NCBI GenBank assembly: GCA_013239625.1
Contig: MU054001.1
Span: forward strand, 2,486,151 to 2,550,150
DNA: 64,000 nucleotides
Reading direction: 5' to 3'
Origin: Lama guanicoe
Taxonomy: Eukaryota
Each line of letters starts with the position of its first letter. Position 1 is the stretch's first letter. Positions 36,842 through 51,004 of the stretch are shown here, one piece after another. The notes under the pieces were generated by a model. That model was given only the letters and a program-made list of their open reading frames with translations. It was not told the DNA's origin and did not search any database. The position numbers were made by a program, and so were the translations under genes.

Positions 36842-37337
36842 TGACAAAGAGTATTTGCTTGACCAAACTTTAGTCAGGCTCCTGAAACTTCTTCTAGATT
36901 TATCTATGCATTTTTGGGGTAAAACCTAGTTTTAGCAAGAATCTTGCTTATTCAGTGTAACCAGAATCCCCCACCCTCAATATCTGATCACCTTTGATAT
37001 CTGATCAGGTTCCTCATCCTCTACCAACACTTCCCCACCCTCAGACCCAGGTGATGTCTGATCACGGTGGCCTGTTTGCAGCAAGAATCCTGTTAGCTTG
37101 GCTTAGACAGAACCCTGACATTTTCTCTTAGTAACTTTCCATCCACTGACCCTACCCTGCTCCTTGCCTATAAATTCCCGCTTGCCCATAGGATATTCAG
37201 AGTTGAGCCCAATCCCTCTTTTCCCTGCAAAATCCCACTGCAGTGGTTATACCTGCTGAGAGAGCCCTGCCCTCTTTGACTGAAGTCTTCCTTCCTGTGA
37301 TTTAACAAGTGTCATTGAGTTTTTATTCTTTGATAAC
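36842..37337 (+). mobile_element. MER31/MER67-like ERV1 solo LTR
   Basis: tgacaaagag...cttgaccaaactttagtcaggctcct...ccccaccctcaatatctgatcacc, internal repeated tatctgatca. Confidence 0.7.
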
Positions 37338-37348
37338 TGCCCCCCCAC

Positions 37349-37349
<1 letters not shown>

Positions 37350-37383
<34 letters not shown>

Positions 37384-37402
37384 GCGCGCGTGCGCGCGCG
37401 CG
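37350..37402. repeat. (CA)n(CG)n compound microsatellite
   Basis: Direct reading; uninterrupted purine/pyrimidine alternation. Confidence 0.95.
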
Positions 37403-38106
37403 ATGCTGAGACATTCTTTCAGGTGGAGAGGAAATTTAACCTGGAAGCCCAGGATGAAGAATAGATAAGAGGAACATTGATCTTATTTGGGCAGCAGGCT
37501 GGAGGTCCTCTTCTCACATTTTCTCTCGCCTCCCAAGGTGGTTCCTGCAATACCTTTATAAAACATTAGAAATCCACACAACAGCTTGAAGATCCTTAAA
37601 TGGGTCCACCCTCTTCTTTTTCTGCTCTTCTACTGAACAAAAAGTCAAACAAGGAGGCCATGGAGGGCCATTGAGGTCGCCCAGGGGCACCCAGCTGACC
37701 TAGGCCCCAAACCCACGTGCCCCAACTCTAAGCTTAGATCCTTTTCCTTAAGGGTGTCATCAAGCTTTGCTCAGTTTTGCTCTGTGTACTCTAACAAACA
37801 GAGAACCCAAAATTGGGCTTAAAAATTGTCTAATAAATTCAGCAATTAAATTTAGAGCCACGAGATTTGATGGGCCAATAGAAACGGACAGGTTCATGTT
37901 GACCCTCAGAAAACAGGTCGGTGATTTTGACAGATAAAACCATTGTGAAGGTTTGGTAGTGGTTGCCATGGAGACTAGAGGTAGGAAAAAGCATGATGGG
38001 TAAGGGAACCTAAATTTAAATTCAACAGCTCACTTTGCCCTAGGTTACCATCTCTTCATGAATTTGCGTTAAAGTTAGTCTCATAACCCTGTGATGTCCT
38101 AGGATG

Positions 38107-38263
38107 GTAGTTCTCAACTGGGGTGATTTTGCCACCCATGGGCTATTCGGAAATACATGCAGACTTTAGATGCTGCTAAACATCCTACAAAGCATGGGAC
38201 ATTCCCCACAAACAAGAATTACCTGGCCCAAAATGACAGTAAAGCCCAGGTTGAGATAACTTG
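38107..38263. mobile_element. MER20 (internally deleted)
   Basis: gttctcaactggggtgattttgcc...gatgctgctaaacatcctaca...ggcccaaaatg...aggttgaga. Confidence 0.75.
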
Positions 38264-39465
38264 CCTGAGAATCACTCTCAAATACATGGTCTCATAATTA
38301 TCCAGCTAGATCCTTACCCACACTTTAATTTGCAACATAATTAAAACTCAGCACTAAATTGGACAATAAGCCATAGGTAGGTACCACAAACATGTTGAAG
38401 AGTTCCGGCCTTTCAGGGGACTCATTCTGATGGGAGAGGTGGGCGTACTGGATGGTACAAATGACTGCACTGTTACAGACAGAGGGAAAGAGATTTGGGG
38501 AGAGGGTGTCTGGACCTTTGGCTTCTTGCCTGTGTGGGAGGGGTAGCAAGGGAATGGTGTGTGTTCCAAGTTTCTTTGTTGATGTCTGCTGGGGATCAGA
38601 TGAGTCAGATAATTGCTCAGCTGCGATGTGGGAGAAAGTGTGAGGCGGGGAGGTAAAAGAGAGGAAGCAAACCCATTTAGGATCGGCCCACAATAAGGCT
38701 AGCAGAACACCATGGGAAGCAGATGGTGATAAGGATCAGGGGTAACCTGGACAGAGGAAGCAAGTTAAAGCGCAGACAATTAGGTGCAGCCATTCCTGTG
38801 GAACCATGGCCACATAAACGTGGGAGCCTTGAATCAGGGACTCCCAGAATCAGCCCTCACCTTAGATCCTATTTTCTAAAAGCACTGCCCATTAACTTGG
38901 AAAAAAAGAGCTTTCTCCTCTGCCAGCCCAGGAGACAAAGAGCAATGCTTTGCAAAATCCATAAAACAAAAGACTCCAACAGTGTCAAGCCTCTTTAAAC
39001 AATCACTTGTGCTATGAGGCAAAACAACCGAGACATCCGGATAAGCACTGTGGTGGTATTTTTCATGTTGATTGCAATAACACCATCAAAGCCTTGCACA
39101 TTCTGTGTAAAATCAATGTCTACTTGTTGGAGGAGAGGGGGAGGGGAGAGGCCTGGGGATTTTATCTTGTAAGTCAGCTTTGCAGATAATCGCATGCCTC
39201 GGGCTTGGAAAAAATTGATGGTGGATCAATGGTCAGGAACATGAACTGGACTCGTTTGTGACTGTGCAGTGCCCGATGTGAGCTGGGAGCCTCAGGAGGC
39301 AGAGGAGAGATGGGGGACTGAGATGCTACCTTTGAGTGAGCTGGTGAGTTCTTGGCATCATTGGTAAGGTCCCATCGCTCTGGGAGGTTCAGATACTAGA
39401 AAAGTTAAGCCACAGTGGGAGCAAATTTCCAGGGGGTGCTGCTTCTGTCCAGTAAGAGAGGCCAA

Positions 39466-39479
39466 TGTGTGTCTGTGTT

Positions 39480-39523
<44 letters not shown>

Positions 39524-39530
39524 TGTGTAT
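39466..39530. repeat. (GT)n microsatellite
   Basis: Direct reading. Confidence 0.95.
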
Positions 39531-42214
39531 GCACAAGCAGTTCTTACATCCATGGGGGAGGGCAAACTTGAGTTTGTGTCAAGGAAACCTTTCCAAGTTT
39601 TTTTTTGTCCTGATCAAGGGTATTTGCTGGTTCCTGTATTTTGTAGGCTTGGGAAGTACACTTACACTGGCTTGGGGAGGAGCAGGTGGATTGAATTGTG
39701 AGTCTAACTTGGTACCAGCCTCCTTATGTTTGGCCCTTGGAGTTTCTATGGCTCTTCTTTATTGGTGGGGATGCTTAAGGGAGGGGATAAAGGAGGAATA
39801 AGGAAGACACGGCACTCACATTACTGGTTCTTCGTTTCCAGGCAAGGTTCCTGTAGGAGTGGACCCTCTTCCTCCAAATTGACCACTAAAGTAGTCTCAA
39901 TTCCCTTTCACTGATGGAAGGAGAGGGAGAGAGTTGCCCCCCTCCCTTTGTTGATTCCTGTGAGGATTGAATGAGTTATTTCACTTAAAGCACATACCTT
40001 ACTCAATAAAAATTTCAGCTAGTGTGTATTTTTTTTTTCATTTTTCTTCTATACATCTCACAGACAGAAAAACCAACAGAGGTTCAGACCAACAGAGGTT
40101 CACTTGGCATTTCTGGGGATAAAAATCCAAATCATTCAGAGTCAAAGTGGGATGTGGAGGGGAGAGAGAAAAAAACCCTGCCCAGGGTGGGGCCCCCATC
40201 TATCTGTGCCATGAGTTTGCATTCCTGGAGTTCACGGGTGGCCTTACCACCAAGAACTCAGACTTGCACGTCCCCCCTTTCAGAGTCCTCCCCCTCCCCC
40301 TGCTCTATCCTTTTAACCCTTCCTCTCCTCTAGAATTCTCCACTCCCTCCAACATCTCTTTCCTGCTTCGCTACCTTTGCCCTAGCTGTCATAAGCCCAG
40401 AGCCTCCTCTGGTAGCTATAGCTCTTCTCACCTCCTGTTTACACATTTCTCCTTCTAGGTGGGGTAGGAGGTGCACTATAAGCCTTGACTATAGAGGAGG
40501 CAGACAGGACTGGGGCGGGGGCGGCATTTACTCCTCCCGATGTGCCATTGACTTTCTCTTTTCCTTCATCTTGAAGCATCTGAAAAAGAAATTCAGCATA
40601 CTTCTGTTGGCTTAATGCCCTCCCTGAGTCTCTATGTAGTCCCACTTAGTAGGGTATCCTCAGCCTTATCACCTATTTGTCCTTTTTCTGTCCTTTGGAT
40701 ATACAACAAAGTCACCGTGAACTAACCTGGCGCTAGAGGACACCTTTTGACTGCACCAGAAGGCCGAGGTGCATGTGCTGTGGGGGAGGGGGTAGATCTC
40801 CTCCCACAGATTATAATTGGTGCTGACTCAGGTGGAGGCCTTACCTTCCATTGCTGTTTCAGCTCACACCGGCAGCTCTCCTCTCCAAAGGAACGGCGCC
40901 TTATTTTCAGGAGATCTTTCTCTACTCATTGACTGGTTGCTGTGTTTTATGCTTGTCCCTCTAACTAGACTGCAAACTCTTTGAGAACACTGACTATTTT
41001 CCGACCTCTCTCTGGGTCCTGCAGGGTTCCTAGCCCAGTTTCTGGCTCTCAGGGAGACTGAACACACAGCAGGCTACTGGGTAAGGGACCTTCACCACTT
41101 TAAAATTGTTGGTGGAAATTTATTTGTGATGTAGTTTGATACCTTCTTTCTACCTTGTTAAATCTTTTGTCTTTCTTGAGGCCTGAGACCCCATTAAAGC
41201 TTATCTATCCAGCTCCACCATCCTGAGCACCATTTCTCTTTGCTTCCCCTAATTTAATTATTGGAAACTGTGCTGTCAAGCTATTTTATTTCCAAATGAG
41301 ATCATTTACCATCTCTGAGGCCAGGACTCACGTGCCCTCTCTGAAGTCACATTCTCTTTATTTTTAAAGGATAATCACCACTAAATATGTTTGTCTTTAG
41401 AGAGAAATCCTTTTAGACATTAGGCCCTGAGGGAGAGGTTGTAAGATTCTGGGAAGTGGCTCTGGTTACGCAGTAGTTAATTCTGAATCCCAAACTAGAG
41501 GGAGTCCTGGTTCAGTTCAAGAAGTCTCCACAAAATGTTCTCTTTTATTCATACTTGAAAGTAGATACAAAAGAGTGGGGCTTTGGGGTTTGCATTCCAG
41601 AGGAATTGGAACCAAGGTGCATGCAACACTGGTTGCTGGCTACCAGGAACTCGGACCTTAACGAGCATGCAGGTGCTGGCAGCCAGCCAAGTGATGGTTC
41701 CAGGTGCGTGCTTGCCCAACAGAAGCCAGCTGCTCGATGGAGAAGGGGCTCAGGGCCGGAGCTTTGGCTTTAACCCCAGGCCTGTTGTGACCCAGCTATG
41801 GGTCAAGGGGACAAGGGCCAGGTCACACCATTTCTCTGAGCCTCACTGCTATCAGTATATAAATAAAATGGGGTTCGGCTTGGGATTTGGGATTAGGTGA
41901 CCTATAAAATTCTTTCATTGGGAACAATTCAAAAATCATGCCCAACCAAGCTTCTGGAGAGGGACAGTGTGACGAAAGGCTTATGTTGGACCTTTGGTGC
42001 CAATAACTGCGTGCTATTTTCATGGAGACTCTTTGGTTGTGATAAAAACATACCTAACATACCTAATGTATTGTGTCTGGATCATTTACTGTAAGACTTT
42101 ACATTAAAAGTTACTTAAGCTGTCATAAGGCAGTGGTTCTAAGCTTTTGGGGATTGGGGATCAATTTAAGAACTTGGTAACACCTAAAGATCCTCTGTAA
42201 AGAACACACACATT

Positions 42215-42216
<2 letters not shown>

Positions 42217-42259
<43 letters not shown>

Positions 42260-42263
42260 ACAA
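42217..42263. repeat. (CA)n microsatellite
   Basis: Direct reading. Confidence 0.95.
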
Positions 42264-44136
42264 ACTTTTCATATGACTGAGGGAGTTTGTGGACCCTGTA
42301 AAGGCCTTACCCCATAGGCCTTTTGTTAAGAGTTCTTGCTCTCAGGTAAATAAGAAAGTGGACTGAACATAAAGCTACTCTCCTTCTGTTGTGGCAAGGT
42401 GTTATTCTAGGTCTCTGCCTTTGAACTGGAACACAATTGAATTCAGCTTCCTTATTCAATGATATAGTGCAGGATACAGTAAAGAAGGAAAGAAAAGAAG
42501 TATGTAACTTGCTCTTCCTCTCAGAGGGCTTTCAAGCCAGTCCAGAACATGACTTGGCCAAGTTACTGAGCCTCAGTTTTCCATCCCTAAAATGCATATG
42601 GTGGGATCTCCCTCATAGGATTATTGAGAAAATTATACAGGAGGGGATTAAGATGAGGAGCTGACATGTTCTTCTACGGTGCAGAATTTAAGAGAGCCCC
42701 CAAAAACTTGGCCACTGAGATAAATAATACTTTAATGTAATATTAAAAAAAATTTAAATGAATGCAAAGAATCCATGATGAACAAAATATCATAATTTTA
42801 AGTAAAGACAAGATCAATAGGACTGTTTTGTCCTTTGCCTCAGATTCCAATAGGAACAGTCTAGTACTGTTAGTGATCCAAGAATTCAATGGATGGCTAA
42901 GAAGTATTTGGGTGTGGCTTCGCTAATCCAGCTTTTATCCGGATCCTTAATCTTGTCTAAGCATGTCACAGGATGTGATGTTAAGCCAAAAACTGGTAAA
43001 GTTGTCTAATGTTCCTCTTAAAGGGGGACCCTAGAACCTAGCCCACTTTTGATGTGATCTGAGAAGCCTCAGGACAGACACCGTGGGGGAAAAAATAGCG
43101 GGATTGGTCTTCTCCTTCCTCGCAAAGCTGCAAACCTTGCTTCGAGACGCCAAGTCTTCAAGACGGTACAGTGCATGATTTTTTCCTGTGCTACCTTTAC
43201 GACATATCTAGACAGTCATATATAGGTAATTACGATCTGAAGTGAGTATGAATTATGATTCTCAGTGATATTTCCTTGTGATTTGTTGCAATATAAATAA
43301 TGATGATTTATTGTGGCTTCACCAACTGCTCTGTTGGTGATGGATCATAATAGTAGATCATGATAATTATGAAATCAGCGCAGGGCTGTTTTCCCCTTGT
43401 AATTCAATTGTAACACGACCGCCAAGGCTGCTGAACATCACAGCCTGTCTGCTTGATGCTGGATGGTGTTCAAGGTGGGTACTTTGTTCTTTCATGTAGT
43501 TCACAGCAGTTCATCTCTAATAATTGTCCAGGTGGTTATTGTATTATAGGTTGATGGCATTTTACTTGTACATTTTTATTTTAGATGCAAATTAAAATTC
43601 CAGGGTTTGTCATTCCTAGACCGGAGGAATTAACAGGGAAATGCTGAAGGTCTGGGGAGGCCTGAGCAGGTGACAGAACCCAGATCCCTCTCCTCCCCTC
43701 TCTCCTGTGGCCCCTTCCTTGACTCAGGCCTGGGCTGTGTCATGCAGACTGTGTCAGAGTGTTTATTAATTTTTCTGATTTACACGGAAGAAAATTTTCT
43801 CCAAAGAACACGAGATACCTGTCATTTGGACTCTGCTTTAAGAAAAATCTACTTTATTTAGAATACTTACTTCCCAAACTGAATGCAAAACTGTTAGTTC
43901 CAGGAATTCTCTGAAAAAAGAATACCTGTGGTCAACTTACACTGGAAAACACTTGGGTTGATATGAATGAAAAATATGTGCAGATATAAATAAAGACACA
44001 TTTTTAAAGAGGCAAGTGAAATAATGTTCTTTCCTGCAGGACTTCTTAGAGACTTTGCTTTGATGATGGGCTCAGTGACTGTTCATTAAAAAACATGGTA
44101 CACAGCAGTTCCTTAACTGTGGTCAGTCCCTACCTC

Positions 44137-44633
44137 TGTGTGGTGGGCTAAAGATGGCGGTCAATTCTTCACCGATACTTCCATCAAGAAGTAGAGTGAA
44201 ATTTCCCTACCCTTGAATCTGGAATGACCCCATGACTTGTTTTGGCCAAAAGAATGTGGCAGAAATGGCAGTTTCTGTGTAATTTGGGTCTGGACCTTAA
44301 GAGATCTGAAATTTCTGTCTTTTCTGCTTGGGACACTCTTTCTTGAAACCTGGCCACCATATTGATGAAGCTCAAGAAGCTTCATGGAAAGATCTACGTG
44401 GGTGATAACTGAGGCCCCTGGCTGAGCCCCAGCTGAGCTTCCAGCCAGCACCCACTGCAGCCACGTGAGTGAGGCCACTTTGGACCTTCCAGCTGTCTCA
44501 GCACCTCACTGACACCATGTGAAGTAGAAGAACCTTCTAGTCAATCAACAGAATCATGAGAAATAATAAGCTGTTGTTATTTTAAGACACTGAATTTTGG
44601 GTTGGTTTTTATACCCAATAGATGACTGAAACA
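44137..44633 (+). mobile_element. MLT1 (F/G-like) LTR
   Basis: tgtggtgggctaaagatggc...cagccacgtgagtgaggcc...cagaatcatgagaaataataa...aatagatgactgaaaca. Confidence 0.8.
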
Positions 44634-44699
44634 CTCTGCCTCTTCCTTATTTTGTTTTAATCATAACACACAGTATTCATTTATTTCACAGGATTTAGC

Positions 44700-44848
44700 G
44701 CAGTTTGCTTACTTGTTTAGTTTTCTCCCATGCTGTAAGCTCTCAGAGTGCAGGATCCATATTTATTTTGCTCACCTCTGTATACAACCACCTAGCACAG
44801 TGATTGGCACAGGGATGGCCTTAACTAAATATTTGTTGAATGAATGAG
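44700..44848 (+). mobile_element. LINE-2 3' end
   Basis: tgtaagctc...cctagcacagtgattggcaca...aaatatttgttgaatgaatga. Confidence 0.75.
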
Positions 44849-47800
44849 CATTCTTTAGAAAACAGCTTCAAAACACAAGTCTAGTTTATAGACAGAATTA
44901 GGGGTTGACCAATTACATAACAGAAGGATCCTTTGCAAAGGAGAGATTATCAAAGGTCCTCTTAAGTATTGATCCTACATACTACCCTAAAATGAGATTC
45001 AACAGAGAAAACCCCAAATTACTGAAACTTCTCTAGAAACATGAACTGGACCTAAAGGCAATCATTTGGTACTCATATCAGAAACACTGAAATTCTACTC
45101 ACAGGCCTTTCCTTTCATCCCTCCACAGAGGAAACAGTATTCTGAGATTGCTGAATGTCACTCCCAAGTATACTTTTATTTTTTAGTACTCAGACAAACA
45201 AACATAAAAGTATAGAATATACACTACTATTGTATTACATGCCTCCCATCCATTTGCATTTTGCTTTATTCACTCTTAGCTCTTGAAATTTGTTCCCCTT
45301 AACATGTGCACATCTAGTTTGTTCACTTTGTGGTTAAGTATTCTGTTTTATGACTAAACATTTGTCTCTTTGTTCACTTTCCTACTGATGGATTATAAAT
45401 TCTTTCCTGTATTTACTATGGTAAACTAGACTGTGATGAACATCTTTGTACATGTCTCTGTGCATGTAAGAGTTTCCAGCTGAGGAGGTCGAGGCTCAAC
45501 ATACTCTAGGGAACTTATCTGATGTCAGACAGTTCATCAGGTTAGGATCAGAATTCAGATTCAGCCCATGTTCTTTCCTTTGCTGCATTTAGCCTCCTCG
45601 AAAGGCTAAAAGGGCCTTAGAGAGAGGGTATACTGCTTGGAGCGGGAATCTGAGAAAGAAAGTTTCATGGATTCCTAATCAGATTAGCCCAAGATTTGCT
45701 TCTCAGTTTCCTGGAGCTGTTCACTGAGCAGAGACATGGCAGAGAACACAATGGTGTAGAGACGGTACAGGATTGATGGTCAATTGATGGTCATAAATCA
45801 TAAGTCATGGTGTCAAGGCCCAGCTTTGCCACTTCTGAGCTATAGCACTTGGGGCATCTGGCTTGGCTTTTATGATGAGATAAATATGGGTCCTTTCTTC
45901 TTAACTTTAAGAAGAGGGGCTTAAAGAAAGTGATTGCATTTGCTGAGAATGGGCTAAGCCTTGGGCTCCAGAACTGGTCAGAGTTTGGCTGGTGAGTTGA
46001 GACAGAGGAAGATGTGCTTCTAGGAGCGCAGAAGTGCTGAGGGGAGCTCGGGGGACCAAATATCTCCAGAGCCAAAGGGTGGTTTTGGTTCCTTTGAACA
46101 GAGGGGTAGATGTTGCTCGGTGTGTGCCAGCCATCAAATGCCAACACACTGGGTTGGCTCCTCTTATTTTCCTGAACATTCTTCAATTTGACCCTGAAGC
46201 CCAGCTCTGCCCCTCTCAGCTGGGTCCAGAAATGGTTTAATGAGCCCTTGGCATCTTCATGTTTCTAACTGGAATAGACCTGAATTTAGGAGTCTCTGTG
46301 TGCATGTAACACTCACAGCAGCACTGAAACATTACACAGTCAGAGCTAGAAGGGTCTCAGGGATCCTGAGTGCACCATCCTTATTTGGCAGATGAAAGTC
46401 TGAGGACCAGAGGGAGAAAGAGACTCACTAAGGATCTCATGGCCACTGAATGGAATACAAAGGATCAAAACCAGGTGGACCAAACCCTGCCAGTGTTCAC
46501 TGTCCTTTCTGTGGTGGGCTCTTTGCCCCTGCAGGAACTGTCCAACACGGCTCTTCATGCAGAACTGGCTCTTTATGTCTTTGCTTGTGGCCAGTTCTTT
46601 GGTGTCTCCCTGGACAGGGTGGGGTCTGTCAGAGTCAGATTGCGTCCTGAGTGTCCCTCGGAGGTCTTGCCAAGGGAGAGAGAGGTTTCTTATTAACAGT
46701 TTCTCCCATCCTGTTGTCCAATCCCACAGCTTGGTTAGCAATGGAGAGTGGTTTACATGAGTTGGGAATATCAAACTCACTTTGGCCAGCCCTTTCCTCC
46801 CAGCAGGGATAGCAACATTTATCAATGCCAATGGAGGACTGTGTTAAAAATGATTCAGGGGCTGAAGTAGATCTGTGATCCATTATTGCTGTCTGCTGTG
46901 AGCACGGGCATGGAGAATGGTAGCATATGTGGCATGTGTTTACATTTCTGCCTTCCTCTCCTAAGAGTCTTGGAAGTGCAAAAATGGGCATGTGAAACCT
47001 TATGGTGGTTGCTGCAAGAGCCACTGCTCACTAAGGAATGTTTTATCAGCACCAGGGTGCACACTGAGCAGGCTATGCAAACCTTCTGCCTTCCTCCCCC
47101 AACCAAGTAGAGCAGCTGACCCAGTTCCTGGCTACTGAGATCCTGACTAATTGTCATCTCTTGTAAGCAGACTTTCACTGAACCTTAGAAGCAGAAAAAT
47201 TCAGAAACAAAAGCAAGAAATAAAAGAGCTGTCAGAAAGAATCTATACAGAACCCTGAAGTCGTGCTTTCATAACTGAATAAATAACTCCTTGAGCAATA
47301 ATTTGTTTGCAAGCTGTTAATTAGCAGCATAATTAATTTCTGCAGATTATAAATAACAGAGCACAAAGTGGCATTCCCAGTAGAGCCAATGAAAAATTAC
47401 CTAAACCATTTTAAGAACCAAAAATAGTTCACAATGTAGCAGATTTAAATGGGCTCTAGAATCTGGGTGGTGCCATTTTTTCTTTCCTATGGGTTAAAAA
47501 GAAAGAAAAAAAAAAAGAAAAAATATGCCCAGAAAACTCAACAACTATGAGCTTGTATCTGAAGTCAGAAATTTATTGGCAAAAAGCAGAGTTTCATTAA
47601 TCACCCTGTTCTCTCTTATGCCTGGCATGTCAAGAAGGGGAAAAAAAATTCTGTTTATCTCTGTTTCAAACAAACAGCCGCATAAGTGGATTATTCCCAA
47701 CAGAAAGATTTTCCCTATACTCTAATCTCAGAGCAATCACTCACTACTCTAAATGAGCAGTTACTTAAAATGTTAAGAAGGGATGCTAATTAGCTCAAGG

Positions 47801-48319
47801 AAAACCCGGCCAAGTGTTTAATTTTCAGAAAATAAAGTAAAGATAAGAAAGGCCTCTCACCTTTGGTACCTGAAGCCGTTGTTTTATATCTCAGCTCTTG
47901 CCTTGAGTGCCTCCTTACTTTTAGGATCTGCACTGTGGGACGCTGGCTGAGTAGTACCAATTGACCTCTAGGTTCAGAAAATTGAGGATAAGAGTAAGTA
48001 TTCTTGAAGTGTGAGGAGAAAGATCTTTAACTTTATTTATAACCTAGAATCTTTTCCAAAAAGATTTAAGTAATTTACTGAAAAACGAACAAACAAAAAT
48101 TGAAAAGATGAGTCTAAGAAAGACCAAGGGTGAATGAATGCTGGAAGGAAATTGACCCGAGAGGCATGAAATAGGCATTCCAATTATAACCGTAGATACT
48201 GCAATTTGGTACCACCTAGCTCTGAGCTTCCCAGTAGCCAAGGTGACGAGGACAACATGGTGCTAAAAAGCTCATGTTATCTGAAAGGAAAGCAGGTGAG
48301 AGGCCAGGTGCATGATCTA

Positions 48320-48800
48320 TAAGCCATGCAATAGCCTGGGCTTTAGAACCTGGAGGACATGAATTCAGATTGACTGCTTCATGTACAAATTTTGTGATCT
48401 GGGCAGGCTATTTAATCTTCCTGTGTCCCAGGATTCTTCTTTATTAAAAAAAAAAAAGCTTTTTATTTTGAAATAATTTTAGACCCATAAGTTGTAAGAA
48501 TAGTTCAGAGAGTTCTCCTGAACTCTTCACCCAGCTTCTCCTATTGATAGCGTCTTAGATTTAATGGGCCATTTATCAATACCAGGAAATTGACATTGAT
48601 ACAGCACTATCAACCAAACTACAGGCCATATTCAGATTTCACCACTTCACCAGGTTTCATTTAAAAAAGAAAAAGGGAAATAAGAACAACAACAATAATA
48701 ATACCTAGCCATAGGGTTTTTGTAAAGACTACACAGTATAATACATGTAACTCACTTAACATTTAATCGGCCACATAATACGCGCTCAATAAATGCATAT
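48320..48800. mobile_element. MIR interrupted by an antisense L1 3' end (~48457-48660)
   Basis: MIR core tgatctgggcaggctatttaatcttcctgtgtccc; L1 tttttattttgaaataattttagaccc...cttcacccagcttc; MIR resumes at aataatacctagcc. Confidence 0.6.
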
Positions 48801-50299
48801 TCTACTACCTTCCTCCTCATTAACGTATGAGTTAATGAGAAGAAGGTCATTAGCAACAGCAGCTACATGATGTTTCCTAGACAGTAAATGTGTCTCATCT
48901 TTTGTTATCAGCCCAGACTTCCAACAGGAAGAGATATGTTTGTTCAGGTACGACAGGGGTTAGACTGGAAAGAGGGTCCATTTCAGAAAGAGGAAATGCA
49001 GACCAGCACGTTTAATCAGGGTTCTGGTGATAAAACAGAAAGAATTGAAGCATCTTCATTTCTGTTTCAGACAGTGTTTTATTTTCTGCTTCCCCAGCCA
49101 CCCAGAAAGCAAGAGCTCCTTTCTCATCCCTCTGATATAAAAAGAACAAAATGCCTAATTATAGATAGTGCTTTTCTAAGATCTGAGCCAATGCGGCAGA
49201 GGAACCGGGTATGAGTTTGCAGTTTTATTGTTGCCTTTTGCGTGTGTTTGAACATTTCTGCAGACGCTTGTGCTATTCTATTCAATTCCATTTGACATAG
49301 CTAAGCTCTTATTATATATGTGCATTTCATGGTGCTTGCTAGGCACCACAGGAAGCACAGGATGACAAAGAGATGACATTTACCCCCAAGGAGCTTATAA
49401 TCTAGTGAGGATATGACAAAGACACACACTGTAATATTATTTCCCATTGAATCTGTGTATTGCTAGCTATTTTATTCCATTCTTGAATAATCCTGTCTCA
49501 GGCACAGTAAAGTGATTATGAAAGGAATTACCTGCTCTAGAAATATTGCCCTGAAGTTTCTAGCATTACTGGAGGGAAAAGAAAAAAAAATGTTTATTCA
49601 GCTAGCAAATATTTATTGAGTACATACTACGTGCTAGGTAATTTTTTGTTTTGGAGGTTCAGCAATGAACATGATAAGGAAAATTCCTGTTCTAATGGAT
49701 TTTATCTTCCAATGGGGAGGAATATGGAAAATCGTGTAAATGAATAAAGAAAACAGACTGAAGAGTAACTGGTTGTGGGTAGGATGCGGCTGGAAGACAA
49801 TAAAAACTGCTCTGCAGAGGTAACACTTGATCTGACCCCTGTCAAATGGGGAGGGTCAAATCATGTGACGTTGCTGGGGAGATAGGAAAACATGGCAGAT
49901 GAAGGCAAAGACCCAAGTGCAATCCTATGCAATATGTGAGTGTGATTAAAATTCTTAGAGCAATATAGGTGCCTAATACTTCTGGGTTGGCTGAAAGAAA
50001 TGCCAAAGTTCATGGTTCAAAGGTCAGAGACAGAGGATGATTTTTAGGAGGTGAGAGTGAGCTTCCCAGAAGGAGACTTTGAACTTGACTCTAGAGATGG
50101 TATCTATGGGGAAAGGATGGCCTTTCCCTAGGAAAAGGAGTGGACAAAAGCCCTCTGTAAGGGGTCCTATTTGGGAGAGTGTGAGAATGGCTTAGAAGAG
50201 TGGTGAGGGCAATTATGGGGACTGCAGACGTAAATAACCATCAATTATCACGATTATCATTATTTTTGTTACTCCTCATTTATTATTCTTAATATTAAA

Positions 50300-50510
50300 A
50301 TACTTAATAACATTAAATATTTATTTAAAGTCTACCATGCGCCAAGGACTGTGACAGGTCTTTTAACTTCTATTAGCACTATTATTCACATTCTGTTTTA
50401 CAGTTGAGGAAACTGAGGCTTGGAGAAGTTAAGTAACTTGCCCAAGGTCACACAATTGAGTGACAGAGCCAGGACACGAACCTGTGTCTGTCAGACTTCA
50501 AAGTTGGTGC
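50300..50510 (-). mobile_element. MIR SINE
   Basis: ttttacagttgaggaaactgaggcttggagaagttaagtaacttgcccaaggtcacaca. Confidence 0.85.
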
Positions 50511-51004
50511 CACATTATATGAAAATACAGTTTTTGAATATGTGCTGTTGAAATTGTTTTCCCAAATCTTTGTCTCTGAGATCCAGAGGACTTGGCAAAT
50601 GCTGACTAAGTTCTGTGGAACAGTGAAATAGTGCAGTGTCTAATAGTTAGATAACTCGAATCTCATCATCAGTGGCAATGATGTCTTCCTGTATTTTTGC
50701 CATAATCTTGCCCAGAGTCAGCAATGGTGATGGTGGTAGTGGGGTATGTTGGGGAGGGACTGCGTTTTTCATTCTTACTTGGCTCCTTTTGCAATAAAGG
50801 GTAGCACTTGGCTGCAGTGGAAAAGCACAGTACTTCCCACTGATATGGCATGTGATCCTGGAGCAAGTATTCTTCTGTGCCAAGCGAACTGGTTCTTGTA
50901 CATATTAAGTACATGGCTGAGATTGTCACCTGATAAGGCACGGCAGCTGCCTTTAAGAATGCCATGCTTTCTGGGCATCATTCCAAGGTCATGATGCTAA
51001 AGTG

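Noticed and set aside
45791..47178. Cluster of overlapping 100-160 aa ORFs
   Set aside because: No recognisable domains, they occur on both strands, overlap MIR-like sequence and show no exon pattern.
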